A DNA stretch of 64,000 bases from contig JBDRML010000029.1 in the NCBI GenBank assembly GCA_043812195.1, positions 1 through 64,000 of the forward strand, read 5' to 3'. Made by a program: the position numbers and the translations under genes. The DNA comes from Candidatus Woesearchaeota archaeon (GTDB lineage: Archaea; Nanobdellota; Nanobdellia; SCGC-AAA011-G17; PNOQ01). Below, in pieces: positions 10,293 through 20,131 of this stretch. Numbering within the stretch: position 1 is the first letter of the stretch; every line of letters begins with the position of its first letter. The notes below the pieces were generated by a model that saw only the letters and a list, made by a program, of their open reading frames with translations, was not told the origin of the DNA and made no database searches.

Positions 10293-10771
10293 CATTAACA
10301 AAAGATAAGGGATTTGAGAATAAATTAAACATAGAAACTAAATTAGTAACAATAATAGATACTTCTATTCCCAAATTAAGAAATATAATCCAAAAAGCAG
10401 AATCTCCAGTTATAATCCAAGGTGGAGATGAAAAAATAAATAGATTAGCACTAGAAAATAAAAAAGTAGATATTCTCTTAAGTCCAGAAAAAAATAATAA
10501 GAAAGATTCTCTATTTTTTAGGAATTCAGGATTAAATCAAGTATTATGTAAACTAGCAAAAAAAAATGATATATCAATTGGTTTCAACTTCTCAGATTTA
10601 TTAAACACAGAATCAAAAGAAAGAACCAAAATTTTAGGAAGAATGTTTCAAAACGCCAGATTATGTAAAAAATACAAGGTTAATATGGTATTTACAACTC
10701 TTGCCAAAAACAAATATGAACTAAGATCAAAAGCAATTTTGGACTCATTTAAAAGAGTTATAACACTCTAA
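10280..10771 (+). CDS. rnp3: RNase P protein Rpp30
   Basis: INRLALENKKVDIL, SGLNQVLCKLAKKNDISIGF, YELRS. Confidence 0.85.
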   Translation: MQDLTLTKDKGFENKLNIETKLVTIIDTSIPKLRNIIQKAESPVIIQGGDEKINRLALENKKVDILLSPEKNNKKDSLFFRNSGLNQVLCKLAKKNDISIGFNFSDLLNTESKERTKILGRMFQNARLCKKYKVNMVFTTLAKNKYELRSKAILDSFKRVITL

Positions 10772-10852
10772 GCACCCAATAATTTAGCCATCCATTTAAA
10801 AAGCTTTCTAATTACATTTATATATAACCTTTACCAAGAAATAACAAGTAAG

Positions 10853-11359
10853 ATGGAAGAAGAGATAAAAATAAATTTTTCAAGACCAATGCTGGTTCTA
10901 AAGATTAGAGATGTTTACAAAGCCCCCTATCATAAAAATAAATATGTAATCATAAAACAAAAAGACTGTGAATCTGTAGTAGATTTCAAGAAAAAATTAC
11001 ATGAGTATACAGGAAATTGGTCAAGCGGTCTATATGATCTTCAATTTGTTTTGAAAGAAGGCACATACTTACAGCCAACAATATATTCAACACTAATTAG
11101 AATAGAGATAAGAAGTGGAAGAGTAGCAAAAGTATGGAAAGCATCACCATATTCAAAAAAAGAATACCCAATTTGGTTACATTTAAAAAAATATCACAAG
11201 AAGAAACCAAAAGTCACTAAAAAGGCCAAACCTAAAAAGAAGAAAAAACCCAAAAAACCCAAACTAGCTAAAAAGCTAGCAAATAAACCAAAAAAATCCA
11301 AAAAGAAAAAAGTGATTTCTAAGAAAAACTTACCAAAAAAACACAAAAAAGAAAATTAA
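10853..11359 (+). CDS. hypothetical protein with a very Lys/Pro-rich C-terminal tail
   Basis: Last ~55 aa are dominated by K, P and A. Confidence 0.6.
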   Translation: MEEEIKINFSRPMLVLKIRDVYKAPYHKNKYVIIKQKDCESVVDFKKKLHEYTGNWSSGLYDLQFVLKEGTYLQPTIYSTLIRIEIRSGRVAKVWKASPYSKKEYPIWLHLKKYHKKKPKVTKKAKPKKKKKPKKPKLAKKLANKPKKSKKKKVISKKNLPKKHKKEN

Positions 11360-11421
11360 GAAAAAGAAAAGATAGTCTATAGTTCAATAATCTTTATAAA
11401 AAAAATAGCAATCTAAATAAC

Positions 11422-11676
11422 ATGAATTTAAGATATATCATCACCTATGATAATGGAGAAGAAGACCAATTTTTCAAAATAGAGTTACCAGACAGAAATA
11501 ATAACATAGCTCCAATGCAAAATGATATTCTAGACGCAGTTCTTAAAAAAGAAGAAATTAGAGGATACTATAGAGAATATCCAAATGGCTTCAATTCAAT
11601 GAAAGAACACTATAAATCAATAGTACCAACAAAAATAAGAAATGTAGAAGTAATATTATCAGACAAACTAAGCTAA
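11422..11676 (+). CDS. hypothetical protein
   Basis: 84-aa ORF with a TTTATAAA box about 22 nt upstream. Confidence 0.5.
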   Translation: MNLRYIITYDNGEEDQFFKIELPDRNNNIAPMQNDILDAVLKKEEIRGYYREYPNGFNSMKEHYKSIVPTKIRNVEVILSDKLS

Positions 11677-12021
11677 AAAATCCACAGCTTCAATAGCAGT
11701 ATTTTCAACAAACTTTTTAAATTCAGATTTACTCATACTTACCCAAGTTCTATATTCTGAATTAGAAATTAAATCAAAATCAGAAGGTTTTTGAATTATA
11801 GCCATAAGTAAATTCACACCGCTAACCCTTGCAGCTTCAAGCCTTTTATGTCCATCTAATAGTAAATAATTAATATGATCATTAGGTAATTCAAATCCCA
11901 AAATAGGTCCCAATTTATACAAATTTCCAGCTTTAGTAATTTCAACTAATTCATCTGTTGTATTTCTGTGTTCCCATGGCAATACTCTACTAGGGTCAAT
12001 ATAAATTTCATACATGGTCAC
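11668..12021 (-). CDS. stand-alone ParB/sulfiredoxin-like N-terminal domain protein
   Basis: GPI...YLLLDGHKRLEAA motif. Confidence 0.65.
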   Translation of the reverse strand: MTMYEIYIDPSRVLPWEHRNTTDELVEITKAGNLYKLGPILGFELPNDHINYLLLDGHKRLEAARVSGVNLLMAIIQKPSDFDLISNSEYRTWVSMSKSEFKKFVENTAIEAVDFLA

Positions 12022-12109
12022 AAAACAAATGCCGAAACCTTTATAAAGAATTCTATACTCAAAATAAAATAGAGAGAAGAAAAAGATATCTTCTCAAAAA
12101 GGTTGTACT

Positions 12110-12430
12110 ATGAAACCTTTGTTACCAAGTTTAAAAGAAAAAAAGCGATATATTGTGTATAAAATAATATCAGAGAATAATATAGACACAAAGCTAGCAC
12201 AAACTGAAATAAAAAATCAATGTCTTAAATTTCTTGGAGAGCTTGGCTATTCAAAAGCAGGTATTCAGACAATAGACCAAAATATAATAAAAGTAAACAC
12301 AAAATACCTAAATGAAACAAAAATGGCACTAGGATTAATAAAAAAGATAAATGATAAAAAAGCCATAGTAGACGTAACTGGCGTATCAGGCATAATCAAA
12401 AAAGCAAAATCTAAATTCGGAGGTAGATAA
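12110..12430 (+). CDS. rnp2: RNase P protein Pop5
   Basis: LLPSLKEKKRYIVY, FLGELGYSKAG, GVSGIIKKA; lies upstream of psmA. Confidence 0.88.
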   Translation: MKPLLPSLKEKKRYIVYKIISENNIDTKLAQTEIKNQCLKFLGELGYSKAGIQTIDQNIIKVNTKYLNETKMALGLIKKINDKKAIVDVTGVSGIIKKAKSKFGGR

Positions 12431-12432
12431 TA

Positions 12433-13149
12433 ATGCAAGAAACAGTACAACATCAAATGATGGGATATGATAGAGCAAGTACTTTATTCAGTCCAGATGG
12501 AAGATTATTACAAGTAGAATATGCTAAAAAAACTATAAAACAAGGTACATCCGCAATAGGAATAGTATGTAAAGATGGAGTAGTTTTAGTAGCAGATAAA
12601 AGGGTAGTAGACAAATTAATAGTAGCAAAATCAATAGAAAAAACATTCCAAGTAGACCAACATATTGCAGCTGCAGCATCAGGTATAATGAGTGATGGAA
12701 GAATATTAATTGAAAAAGCACAATTATTAGCTCAGCAACATAGAGTATCTTATGATGAATCAATAGAATTGCATATATTAGTTAAAGAAATTTGCAATAT
12801 AATTCAATCTTACACACAATATGCTGGCGCAAGACCATTCGGAGTTTCATTACTATTTACAGGAATAAACTCTGAACCAAGATTATTCTTAGCAGATCCA
12901 ACTGGAATACACTTTGAATATAAAGCAACAGCTATTGGAGAAGCAGAAGATGAAATCAAAGATATATTATCAAAAGAATATAGAGAAAGCATGACAGTTG
13001 AAGAAGGAACTAAATTAGCAATCTCAATCTTAAGAAGAGTCCTAAAAAAAGAATTCAACATAGAAAGATTAGACGGTAGTTACATAAAAACTTCAGACAA
13101 AAAATACCACAAACTATCAAAAGATTTCATAAAGAAATGCGTAAAATGA
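12433..13149 (+). CDS. psmA: proteasome alpha subunit
   Basis: [29 protein letters not shown]. Confidence 0.97.
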   Translation: MQETVQHQMMGYDRASTLFSPDGRLLQVEYAKKTIKQGTSAIGIVCKDGVVLVADKRVVDKLIVAKSIEKTFQVDQHIAAAASGIMSDGRILIEKAQLLAQQHRVSYDESIELHILVKEICNIIQSYTQYAGARPFGVSLLFTGINSEPRLFLADPTGIHFEYKATAIGEAEDEIKDILSKEYRESMTVEEGTKLAISILRRVLKKEFNIERLDGSYIKTSDKKYHKLSKDFIKKCVK

Positions 13150-13835
13150 CAGATATAGAGAAAGGTGTAATAGCCAGATTAAATAAACAAGGCAAACATT
13201 TTGAAGTTCTTGTTGATTGTGAAAAAGCCTTAGACTTTAGATCAGGAAAAGCATCTATAGATGACGCTTTAATCACAACAGATATCTTCAAAGATGTAAA
13301 AAAAGGCGAACATGCTTCTGAAAACGAGATGAAATCTCTATTTAACACAGAAAATAAAAAGGAAATAGCTGAGATTATAATAAAAAAAGGAGAAATCCAG
13401 TTAACAACAGAATACAAAGGTAAATTAAGAGAAGAAAAAAAGAAGCAAATCATAGCTCTAATCTCAAGGAATGCAGTAGACCCAAAATCAAACATACCTC
13501 ATCCACCACAAAGAATAGAAAACGCTATGGAAGAAGCTAAAGTTAAGGTAGAAGAATTCAAATCAGCAGAAGAACAAGTTCAAAACATAGTGAAAAGTAT
13601 AAGTAGCATAATTCCAATAAGTTATGAAATTAAAAAAGTACAGATAGGAATACCTGCAAATGTAGCAGCAAGAAGTTATTCTATTATAAAACACTATGCT
13701 ATAATTAAACATGAAACTTGGCTTGCAGATGGAACTTTAAGTGTTGAATTAGAAGTGCCAGCAGGCTTACAAAATGATTTATTCGATGAACTAAATAAAT
13801 TAGCTCACGGAAGAATAGAATCAAAAGAATTATAA
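13146..13835 (+). CDS. ribosome maturation protein SBDS/Sdo1
   Basis: [31 protein letters not shown]. Confidence 0.95.
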   Translation: MTDIEKGVIARLNKQGKHFEVLVDCEKALDFRSGKASIDDALITTDIFKDVKKGEHASENEMKSLFNTENKKEIAEIIIKKGEIQLTTEYKGKLREEKKKQIIALISRNAVDPKSNIPHPPQRIENAMEEAKVKVEEFKSAEEQVQNIVKSISSIIPISYEIKKVQIGIPANVAARSYSIIKHYAIIKHETWLADGTLSVELEVPAGLQNDLFDELNKLAHGRIESKEL

Positions 13836-13838
13836 AAA

Positions 13839-14105
13839 ATGGAACACAAAGATTTGACACTGGACAAAATACTTACAAAACAGGAAAATGAAAATATTCA
13901 ATGGGAAATGGAAGAGCCAAGGAAAAGACAATGGATACCATTAATAGGGGCATTTATTGCTAACAGAGATGAAGCATATGGAAAGAAATCAATATTCAAA
14001 GATGTTTCTAAATTTAAAAGAATAGTAGCAAAAACTTATCATGGAACTTGTATGGGTCTTGTAGGATATAGTCTTGGTCAAGGAGTAAACAATCTTTTAT
14101 ATTAA
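13839..14105 (+). CDS. hypothetical protein inserted in the exosome cluster
   Basis: 88-aa ORF filling the SBDS-rrp4 gap. Confidence 0.55.
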   Translation: MEHKDLTLDKILTKQENENIQWEMEEPRKRQWIPLIGAFIANRDEAYGKKSIFKDVSKFKRIVAKTYHGTCMGLVGYSLGQGVNNLLY

Positions 14106-14120
14106 AATTAGGAGGAAAAA

Positions 14121-14810
14121 ATGGGAAAATTATTAGTAAAAGAAAGAGAACTTGTCGTACCAGGTCAAGAAATAGCTGAAGGCATTGATTACTTACCAGG
14201 AGACGGTTCATATAGAGAAGAAAATAAACTAATATCCTTAAGATTAGGATTATTTAATTTAGATGGTAGATTAACAAAAATCATACCATTGAGAGGAAAA
14301 TACATACCAAAATCCAACGATATGGTTATTGGTAGAATAAAAGACGTAGGAATATCAAATTGGAGAATAAATATAGGTTGGGCATTCGATGCTACTTTAT
14401 TTCTAAAAGAAGGAAGTAAAGATTACATTCCAAATGGAGCAGATCTAGGAAAATATTATGACATAGGAGAAGTAATAGTTGCAAAAATAACAAATGTTTT
14501 CAGCTCAAAGGCAATAGACTTGTCAATGAAAGCTCCAGGTTGTAGAAAATTAACAGGTGGAAGAGTAATAGAAGTCGAACCTTCAAAAGTTCCAAGAATT
14601 ATTGGAAAACAAGGAAGTATGATATCAATGATTAAAGACGCAACAGAATGTTATATTACTGTAGGCCAAAATGGTTTAGTTTGGATTTCAGGACCAAGTT
14701 TTGAAAAAGAAAAACTAGCCACAGATGCAATCAAAAAGGTTGAACAATTGGCACATTCAGAAGGATTAACAGACAAGATTAGCGAATTCCTAAAGGAGAA
14801 TAAAAAATGA
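14121..14810 (+). CDS. rrp4: exosome RNA-binding subunit Rrp4
   Basis: VVPGQ, YIPKSNDMVIG, KH motif KVPRIIGKQGSMI, VGQNG. Confidence 0.95.
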   Translation: MGKLLVKERELVVPGQEIAEGIDYLPGDGSYREENKLISLRLGLFNLDGRLTKIIPLRGKYIPKSNDMVIGRIKDVGISNWRINIGWAFDATLFLKEGSKDYIPNGADLGKYYDIGEVIVAKITNVFSSKAIDLSMKAPGCRKLTGGRVIEVEPSKVPRIIGKQGSMISMIKDATECYITVGQNGLVWISGPSFEKEKLATDAIKKVEQLAHSEGLTDKISEFLKENKK

Positions 14811-15511
14811 CATACGCAAAAAGATTTGACGGAAGAAAACCTGATCAAATAAGAGAAATGGAAGCTAAAATTGGAATAATTAAAAGAGCAGATGGAAGCG
14901 CAATGTTTAGAATGGGAAAAACAATAGCAATTGCAGCTGTTTATGGACCAAGAGAATTGTTTCCAGCATTCTTACAAGAACCAGCAAGAGGAAGATTAAA
15001 AGTTATTTATGACTTATTAAGTTTTTCAGTTACTGAAAGAAAAAAACCTGGTCCTTCAAGAAGAAGTACTGAAGTGTCTATGGTTACAGAAAACTCACTT
15101 GAACCAGCTTTGAATCTAACCAAATTCGGATATACAGGATTAGATATTTATATTTATATAACACAAGCAGATGCTGGGACAAGATGTGCAGGTATAAATG
15201 CAGCTACATTAGCATTAGTAGATGCTGGAATTCCAATGAAAGATTTAGTAGCAGCAGTAGCAGTAGGAAAGGTTTCTGATAAAATAGTTGTAGACCTTAA
15301 TAAAGAAGAAGAAGATCATCCTGATGGTGCTACAGATATGCCAGTTGCTATGATGCCAAGAACAGGAAAAATAACTTTATTACAATTAGATGGAAGTATG
15401 ACCAAAGACGAAATAAAACAAGCACTTGAAATGGCAAAAAAAGCTTGTCAAGAAATAAATAAGGTACAAATAAAAGCACTTAAAGAAAAGTATATGGAGG
15501 CAGAAAAATGA
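14807..15511 (+). CDS. rrp41: exosome subunit Rrp41
   Basis: RFDGRKPDQIR, ADGSA, PSRRSTE, QADAGTRCAGINAA. Confidence 0.96.
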   Translation: MTYAKRFDGRKPDQIREMEAKIGIIKRADGSAMFRMGKTIAIAAVYGPRELFPAFLQEPARGRLKVIYDLLSFSVTERKKPGPSRRSTEVSMVTENSLEPALNLTKFGYTGLDIYIYITQADAGTRCAGINAATLALVDAGIPMKDLVAAVAVGKVSDKIVVDLNKEEEDHPDGATDMPVAMMPRTGKITLLQLDGSMTKDEIKQALEMAKKACQEINKVQIKALKEKYMEAEK

Positions 15512-16275
15512 ATGACTACATAAAATCAATATTAGAAAAAGGCCTCAGATTAGACGGAAGAAAACTAGATGAAATAAGAAAACCTATTACAGTAGAATTA
15601 GGAGTTTCTGATAAAGCTGAAGGTTCAGCTAGAGTTAAGATAGGAGATACAGAAGTTATAGCTGGTATTAAAATGGATGTTGGTAAACCATATACAGACA
15701 GTCCAGACAAAGGAGTTTTAATAACAACTGCAGAGCTTCTACCTTTATCATCTCCAGATTTCTTTCCTGGACCACCTGATCAAAGAGCAATTGAATTAGC
15801 TAGAGTAATAGACAGAGGGATAAGAGAATCCAAAATGATAGATTTCAAAAAACTTTGTATTAAAGAAGGAGAATTAGTATGGATAATATTTTTAGATATC
15901 TATACAATAAATAATGCAGGAAATCTATTAGATGCCTCAGCTTTAGCAGCAATAGCAGCACTAAAGTCAGCTGTCTTACCGAAACTAGAAGAAAACAAAG
16001 TAAAGTTCGGAGAATTCACCAAGAAATCGTTGCCTTTAACAGAAATTCCATTAACAACAACAGTTACAAAAATAGGAAACAATTTAATTGTAGATTCCAG
16101 CTTAGAAGAAGAACAAGCAATGGAAGCAAGATTATCAATAGGAATATCTGAGAAAGGGAATATTCATGCACTACAGAAAGGTGGAGAGACAGGAATGACA
16201 GTAGAAGAAATAGACAAAGCAATTGAAATGGCAACAAAAGCATTTAAAACCTTAAATCAGGCTTTACCAAAATGA
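15508..16275 (+). CDS. rrp42: exosome subunit Rrp42
   Basis: RLDGRKLDEIR, AEGSARVKIG, ELARVIDRGIRES. Confidence 0.96.
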   Translation: MNDYIKSILEKGLRLDGRKLDEIRKPITVELGVSDKAEGSARVKIGDTEVIAGIKMDVGKPYTDSPDKGVLITTAELLPLSSPDFFPGPPDQRAIELARVIDRGIRESKMIDFKKLCIKEGELVWIIFLDIYTINNAGNLLDASALAAIAALKSAVLPKLEENKVKFGEFTKKSLPLTEIPLTTTVTKIGNNLIVDSSLEEEQAMEARLSIGISEKGNIHALQKGGETGMTVEEIDKAIEMATKAFKTLNQALPK

Positions 16276-16463
16276 AAATAACAAAATATGAAAAAGCAAG
16301 ATTAGTAGGAGCAAGAGCTCTTCAATTAGCAATGGGTGCACCAATTTTACTAAAGTTATCTAAAGAAGATTTTGAAAAATTAAGTTACGACCCAATAAAA
16401 ATTGCAGAAAAAGAAATGACAGAAGAAGTGCTCCCAATAACAATTAAAAGGCCTATGCCTTAA
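16272..16463 (+). CDS. rpoK: RNA polymerase subunit K (Rpo6)
   Basis: TKYEKARLVGARALQLAMGAP. Confidence 0.97.
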   Translation: MKITKYEKARLVGARALQLAMGAPILLKLSKEDFEKLSYDPIKIAEKEMTEEVLPITIKRPMP

Positions 16464-16473
16464 TTTTTTCTTT

Positions 16474-17364
16474 TTAAATTATTTTTAATAAACTATCTTC
16501 AATTGATTTTTTAACTGAATTTATTGTTTTAATTCTTTCATCAGAAAATTCATCTATACATTCATTATTATCAAAAGTTTCAACTGCAATGCCTACTTTA
16601 TTATTTTTAGAAATCAAATAAGGTTGAATCGGATTTCTGCAAAGTTTTTCTAAAACTTTACATCCACAGCGATTTTCTAAAGAACAATATTCTTTTACTT
16701 TCAATAAAATAATTGGAATATCTGAATCTGTAGAGATTATAGCAGTATTTTTATTATCAACTATTGACAAATAAAGTGCACTAGCAACTAATTGTTCATC
16801 AGTAAAAAATTTGCCCATCTCTCCATATACAGAAAAAGACTCTCTTTTAATTCCAGAATTATTAACAACATTCATTACCATTTTCTCAATTTCATTATAT
16901 TTATTCCTATCATCTGGATTAAAAATTTTTTTTAAAGCATCCTTATGGAATTTATGTAAAGAAAAGCAAACATCAGCTAAAGAATTTGCTTTTAATGCAG
17001 TATAAAAATCATAATCATCTTGTCTCATTTTATCTTTTCTAGATCGTAATTTTTCTCTCTGGCGTAACCAGGAAAGCTTGTCTTTTGCAATTTTACCATG
17101 ATTAGCAATTTCATAAGCAACTCCCTCAGTTGTAACAATTTTAGGATTTAAAAATAACCTTTTAGCAGTTTCAACATTTTCACAGACTTCTGATAATAGA
17201 TTACTATCTAATTGAGAAAAATATTTTGCATAAAAAACATGGTCTTCATACCAAGAATGAGTATTTCTAGAAGTAGTTACACCCGTATCCAATAAAACAA
17301 TATCATGTTTCTCCAAAATTTCATCTATGCAATAATTTCCACAAGATTCTATATGTATTCTCAT
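16474..17364 (-). CDS. PIN-domain-like protein
   Basis: Acidic motifs VLLDTG, VAYEI, TDEQLVASA, ISTDSDI; start placed at MRIHIESC behind a TATA box. Confidence 0.55.
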   Translation of the reverse strand: MRIHIESCGNYCIDEILEKHDIVLLDTGVTTSRNTHSWYEDHVFYAKYFSQLDSNLLSEVCENVETAKRLFLNPKIVTTEGVAYEIANHGKIAKDKLSWLRQREKLRSRKDKMRQDDYDFYTALKANSLADVCFSLHKFHKDALKKIFNPDDRNKYNEIEKMVMNVVNNSGIKRESFSVYGEMGKFFTDEQLVASALYLSIVDNKNTAIISTDSDIPIILLKVKEYCSLENRCGCKVLEKLCRNPIQPYLISKNNKVGIAVETFDNNECIDEFSDERIKTINSVKKSIEDSLLKII

Positions 17365-17458
17365 CAAACAAGCAGATATAAGAAGATATTTAAAAATTGC
17401 TATTTCTAAAGTTTTAAATAACAAAATTTATATAATCGTAAAAAGATAGCATAAATCA

Positions 17459-18655
17459 ATGATAATTAAAAAAATCAAAGCCAATAAAATAAAAAATTCT
17501 AGGGGCGAAGATGCAATAAAAGTAGAAATCAAATCAGATAAGACAAAGGCAGAGGCATCAGCGCCAAGTGGAGCAAGCACAGGAAAGCACGAAATTAAAG
17601 CTTTTACGTCTACTCCAAAAGAAGCAGCAGACCAAATAAACAAAAATAAAAAATTAATAGGACTAGAAATAAATTCTTACCAAGATCTTAAAAAAATAGA
17701 AGATGAATTATCTTATTTAGGTGGAAACTCTGTAATAGCAACAGAATATGCAGCTTTAAAATGTATAGGGCCTATCTGGGAACAAATTAATCCAAATACA
17801 AGAAAATTACCAAAACCATTAGGAAATGTAATTGGTGGTGGAAGACATTTCAAAGGAAACTGCACAGAATTTCAAGAATTCTTACTATTGCCCTTCACAA
17901 GCAAAAAACTAGATGATTCAATATTAGCAAATAACAAAATACATGAATTAGTAAAAAAGAATTTGAAAAAAGTAGACCATAACTTCGATGACCAAATGAA
18001 TGACGAAGGAGGATGGGTAACATCATTAACTAATGAAGATACTCTTAAATTCCTAAAAGAAACAATAAAAGATGCAGACTTAAAAGTAAAAGTTAAATTA
18101 GGAGTAGATGTTGCAGCTTCATCTTTCTGGAACGGCAAGTATTATATCTACAAAGATAAAAAATTAACACAAGAAGAACAAATAGAATTCATCTCAGAAT
18201 TAATTGAAAAATATGATTTGCAATATGTAGAAGATCCTTTACATGAAGAAGACTTTGAAGGTTTTTCAAAATTAACTGAACGATTTAGAAATAAATGTAT
18301 GATTGTAGGAGATGACTTAACCACAACAAATGTAGAAAGACTAAAAAAAGCTATAAAATTAAAATCAATAAATGCAGTTATAATAAAACCAAATCAAATA
18401 GGTTCTTTAATAAAAACAAGAGAAGTCATAAACTTAGCAAAAGAAAACAAAATAACATGTATAATGTCTCATAGATCAGGGGAAACTCTAGACGCTTCAA
18501 TATCACAATTAGCAACTGGATTTGAAATTCCAATAATCAAATGTGGCATTTATGGTAAAGAAAGAGTAGCAAAATTAAAAGAACTCAAAAAAATAGAGCA
18601 AGAAATGAAATTAAAGAATATAAAAAAAATAAATCAGCGAAATATTTATATATAA
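17459..18655 (+). CDS. eno: enolase
   Basis: NSRG, APSGASTGKHE, VEDP, VGDDL, KPNQIG, SHRSGET. Confidence 0.96.
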   Translation: MIIKKIKANKIKNSRGEDAIKVEIKSDKTKAEASAPSGASTGKHEIKAFTSTPKEAADQINKNKKLIGLEINSYQDLKKIEDELSYLGGNSVIATEYAALKCIGPIWEQINPNTRKLPKPLGNVIGGGRHFKGNCTEFQEFLLLPFTSKKLDDSILANNKIHELVKKNLKKVDHNFDDQMNDEGGWVTSLTNEDTLKFLKETIKDADLKVKVKLGVDVAASSFWNGKYYIYKDKKLTQEEQIEFISELIEKYDLQYVEDPLHEEDFEGFSKLTERFRNKCMIVGDDLTTTNVERLKKAIKLKSINAVIIKPNQIGSLIKTREVINLAKENKITCIMSHRSGETLDASISQLATGFEIPIIKCGIYGKERVAKLKELKKIEQEMKLKNIKKINQRNIYI

Positions 18656-18685
18656 TATTAATTTATCCAAAAGATACAATGTAAA

Positions 18686-19024
18686 ATGACACAATATAGT
18701 TTACAGGGTAATGTAATTGTAGAAGACACAAAAAATTTACCAAAAATAGGTAATCTTTTATTTGATGATTTAGGAAAAGAAGTTATTGCTAAATTTAATA
18801 AGAGATTTGAAGGTGTTGATGGAATAGAATACACACAAAAATACGAGACAAATGAACCAGTTTCTTATTCAAATATACCAAGAGATCAATCTGGTCTCAG
18901 GTGGCTTTACCGGGATAGGGATATCGGCCTGAGTGCCAGGGGAGACTATTTGCTGAATGCCAACGATACTTGTCGGGTGCAAATTTATCCGGACCAAAAG
19001 GGTCTTGCGCAAAAATTGGAGTGA
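18686..19024 (+). pseudogene. probable internally deleted DGR-target-like gene with a variable-region-like 3' segment
   Basis: Abrupt GC-rich segment at 18884-18980 encoding DQSGLRWLYRDRDIGLSARGDYLLNANDTCRV, followed by a small hairpin GACC-AAAAG-GGTC (18992-19004). Confidence 0.5.
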
Positions 19025-19026
19025 AT

Positions 19027-20130
19027 ATGTTAAAAAAAATAGAGCGTGCAAAAATAGAATTGATGACTTATGGAATGAATGTTTCTGAAACTGCAAGAAG
19101 ATCCATAAGTGGTGACGAAGGAAGACCATTAACATTGGCAGATTATGCATCAACATCTGGTATCTCTATGGTTTTGGGAGATAATATTTGGGTGAATGCA
19201 CCAATTAGAGATTATAACCCAAACTTTGTAAATGAAACATATTATACTCTTGATTTCAGAGATGAAGGATTTTTTGTTGATTCTGATGGTATACAGTTCA
19301 AAACAATACCTGTTCCTGTGCCTGCTTATCATAAGGAAAAAGCACCTAGTGGTGATCCCTATATTTATCTTGCAATTACCCATACTGATAGAGTAAGAAT
19401 TTCTCCTATTGGTGGATGTGCAATAGCTTGTCATTTTTGTGATATGTCTTATACATCTAAATATAGAAAAAAAGATATTGAAGATTTAGTTGACTCTGTA
19501 AGAGTTGCTTTGGAAGACCCAATTCAAGAAGCACACCATGTTCTTATTTCTGGAGGAACTCCAAAACCAAAAGATTATGAATACGAGCGAGAAGTTTATA
19601 GGGCTGTCGCTTCAGTATTTCCAGAAATTGATGTAGATGTCATGATGGTTCCTATGCCAGGATTACTAGATGCACAAGAGTTAAAAGAGATAGGTATACA
19701 TGGGTTATCAATAAATCTTGAGTTATACAATCAAGATATGGCCAAAAAAATCATGAAAGGTAAATGGAAGGCTTCAAGACAAATGTATTTAGATTTTATT
19801 GAAGATTCTATTCCTATTTTTGGAGTGGGAAATGTTCGTTCTTTATTAATGGTTGGTATAGAACCACTAGAAGATACTTTAAGAGGAGTAGAAGCTTTAG
19901 CAGAAAGAGGTTGTGATCCTGTATTGAGTCCTTTTAGGCCAGACCAGTCTACTCCAATGATGAGTGAAAAACCACCTAGTGTTAATTTTTTAATAGAAAC
20001 ATACGAGAGAGCTAGAGAAATTGTTGAGAAATTTGAAGGAGTAAAACTTGGACCAAGATGTATTCCTTGCCATCACAATACACTTACCTTTCCAGATGAC
20101 TCTGGTCTTTACTACAACTCAGGAGAATAA
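19027..20130 (+). CDS. radical SAM protein (BioB-like/MSMEG_0568-like architecture)
   Basis: CAIACHFC (CxxxCxxC), ISGGT, SINLE, C-terminal CIPCHH. Confidence 0.88.
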   Translation: MLKKIERAKIELMTYGMNVSETARRSISGDEGRPLTLADYASTSGISMVLGDNIWVNAPIRDYNPNFVNETYYTLDFRDEGFFVDSDGIQFKTIPVPVPAYHKEKAPSGDPYIYLAITHTDRVRISPIGGCAIACHFCDMSYTSKYRKKDIEDLVDSVRVALEDPIQEAHHVLISGGTPKPKDYEYEREVYRAVASVFPEIDVDVMMVPMPGLLDAQELKEIGIHGLSINLELYNQDMAKKIMKGKWKASRQMYLDFIEDSIPIFGVGNVRSLLMVGIEPLEDTLRGVEALAERGCDPVLSPFRPDQSTPMMSEKPPSVNFLIETYERAREIVEKFEGVKLGPRCIPCHHNTLTFPDDSGLYYNSGE

Positions 20131-20131
20131 T

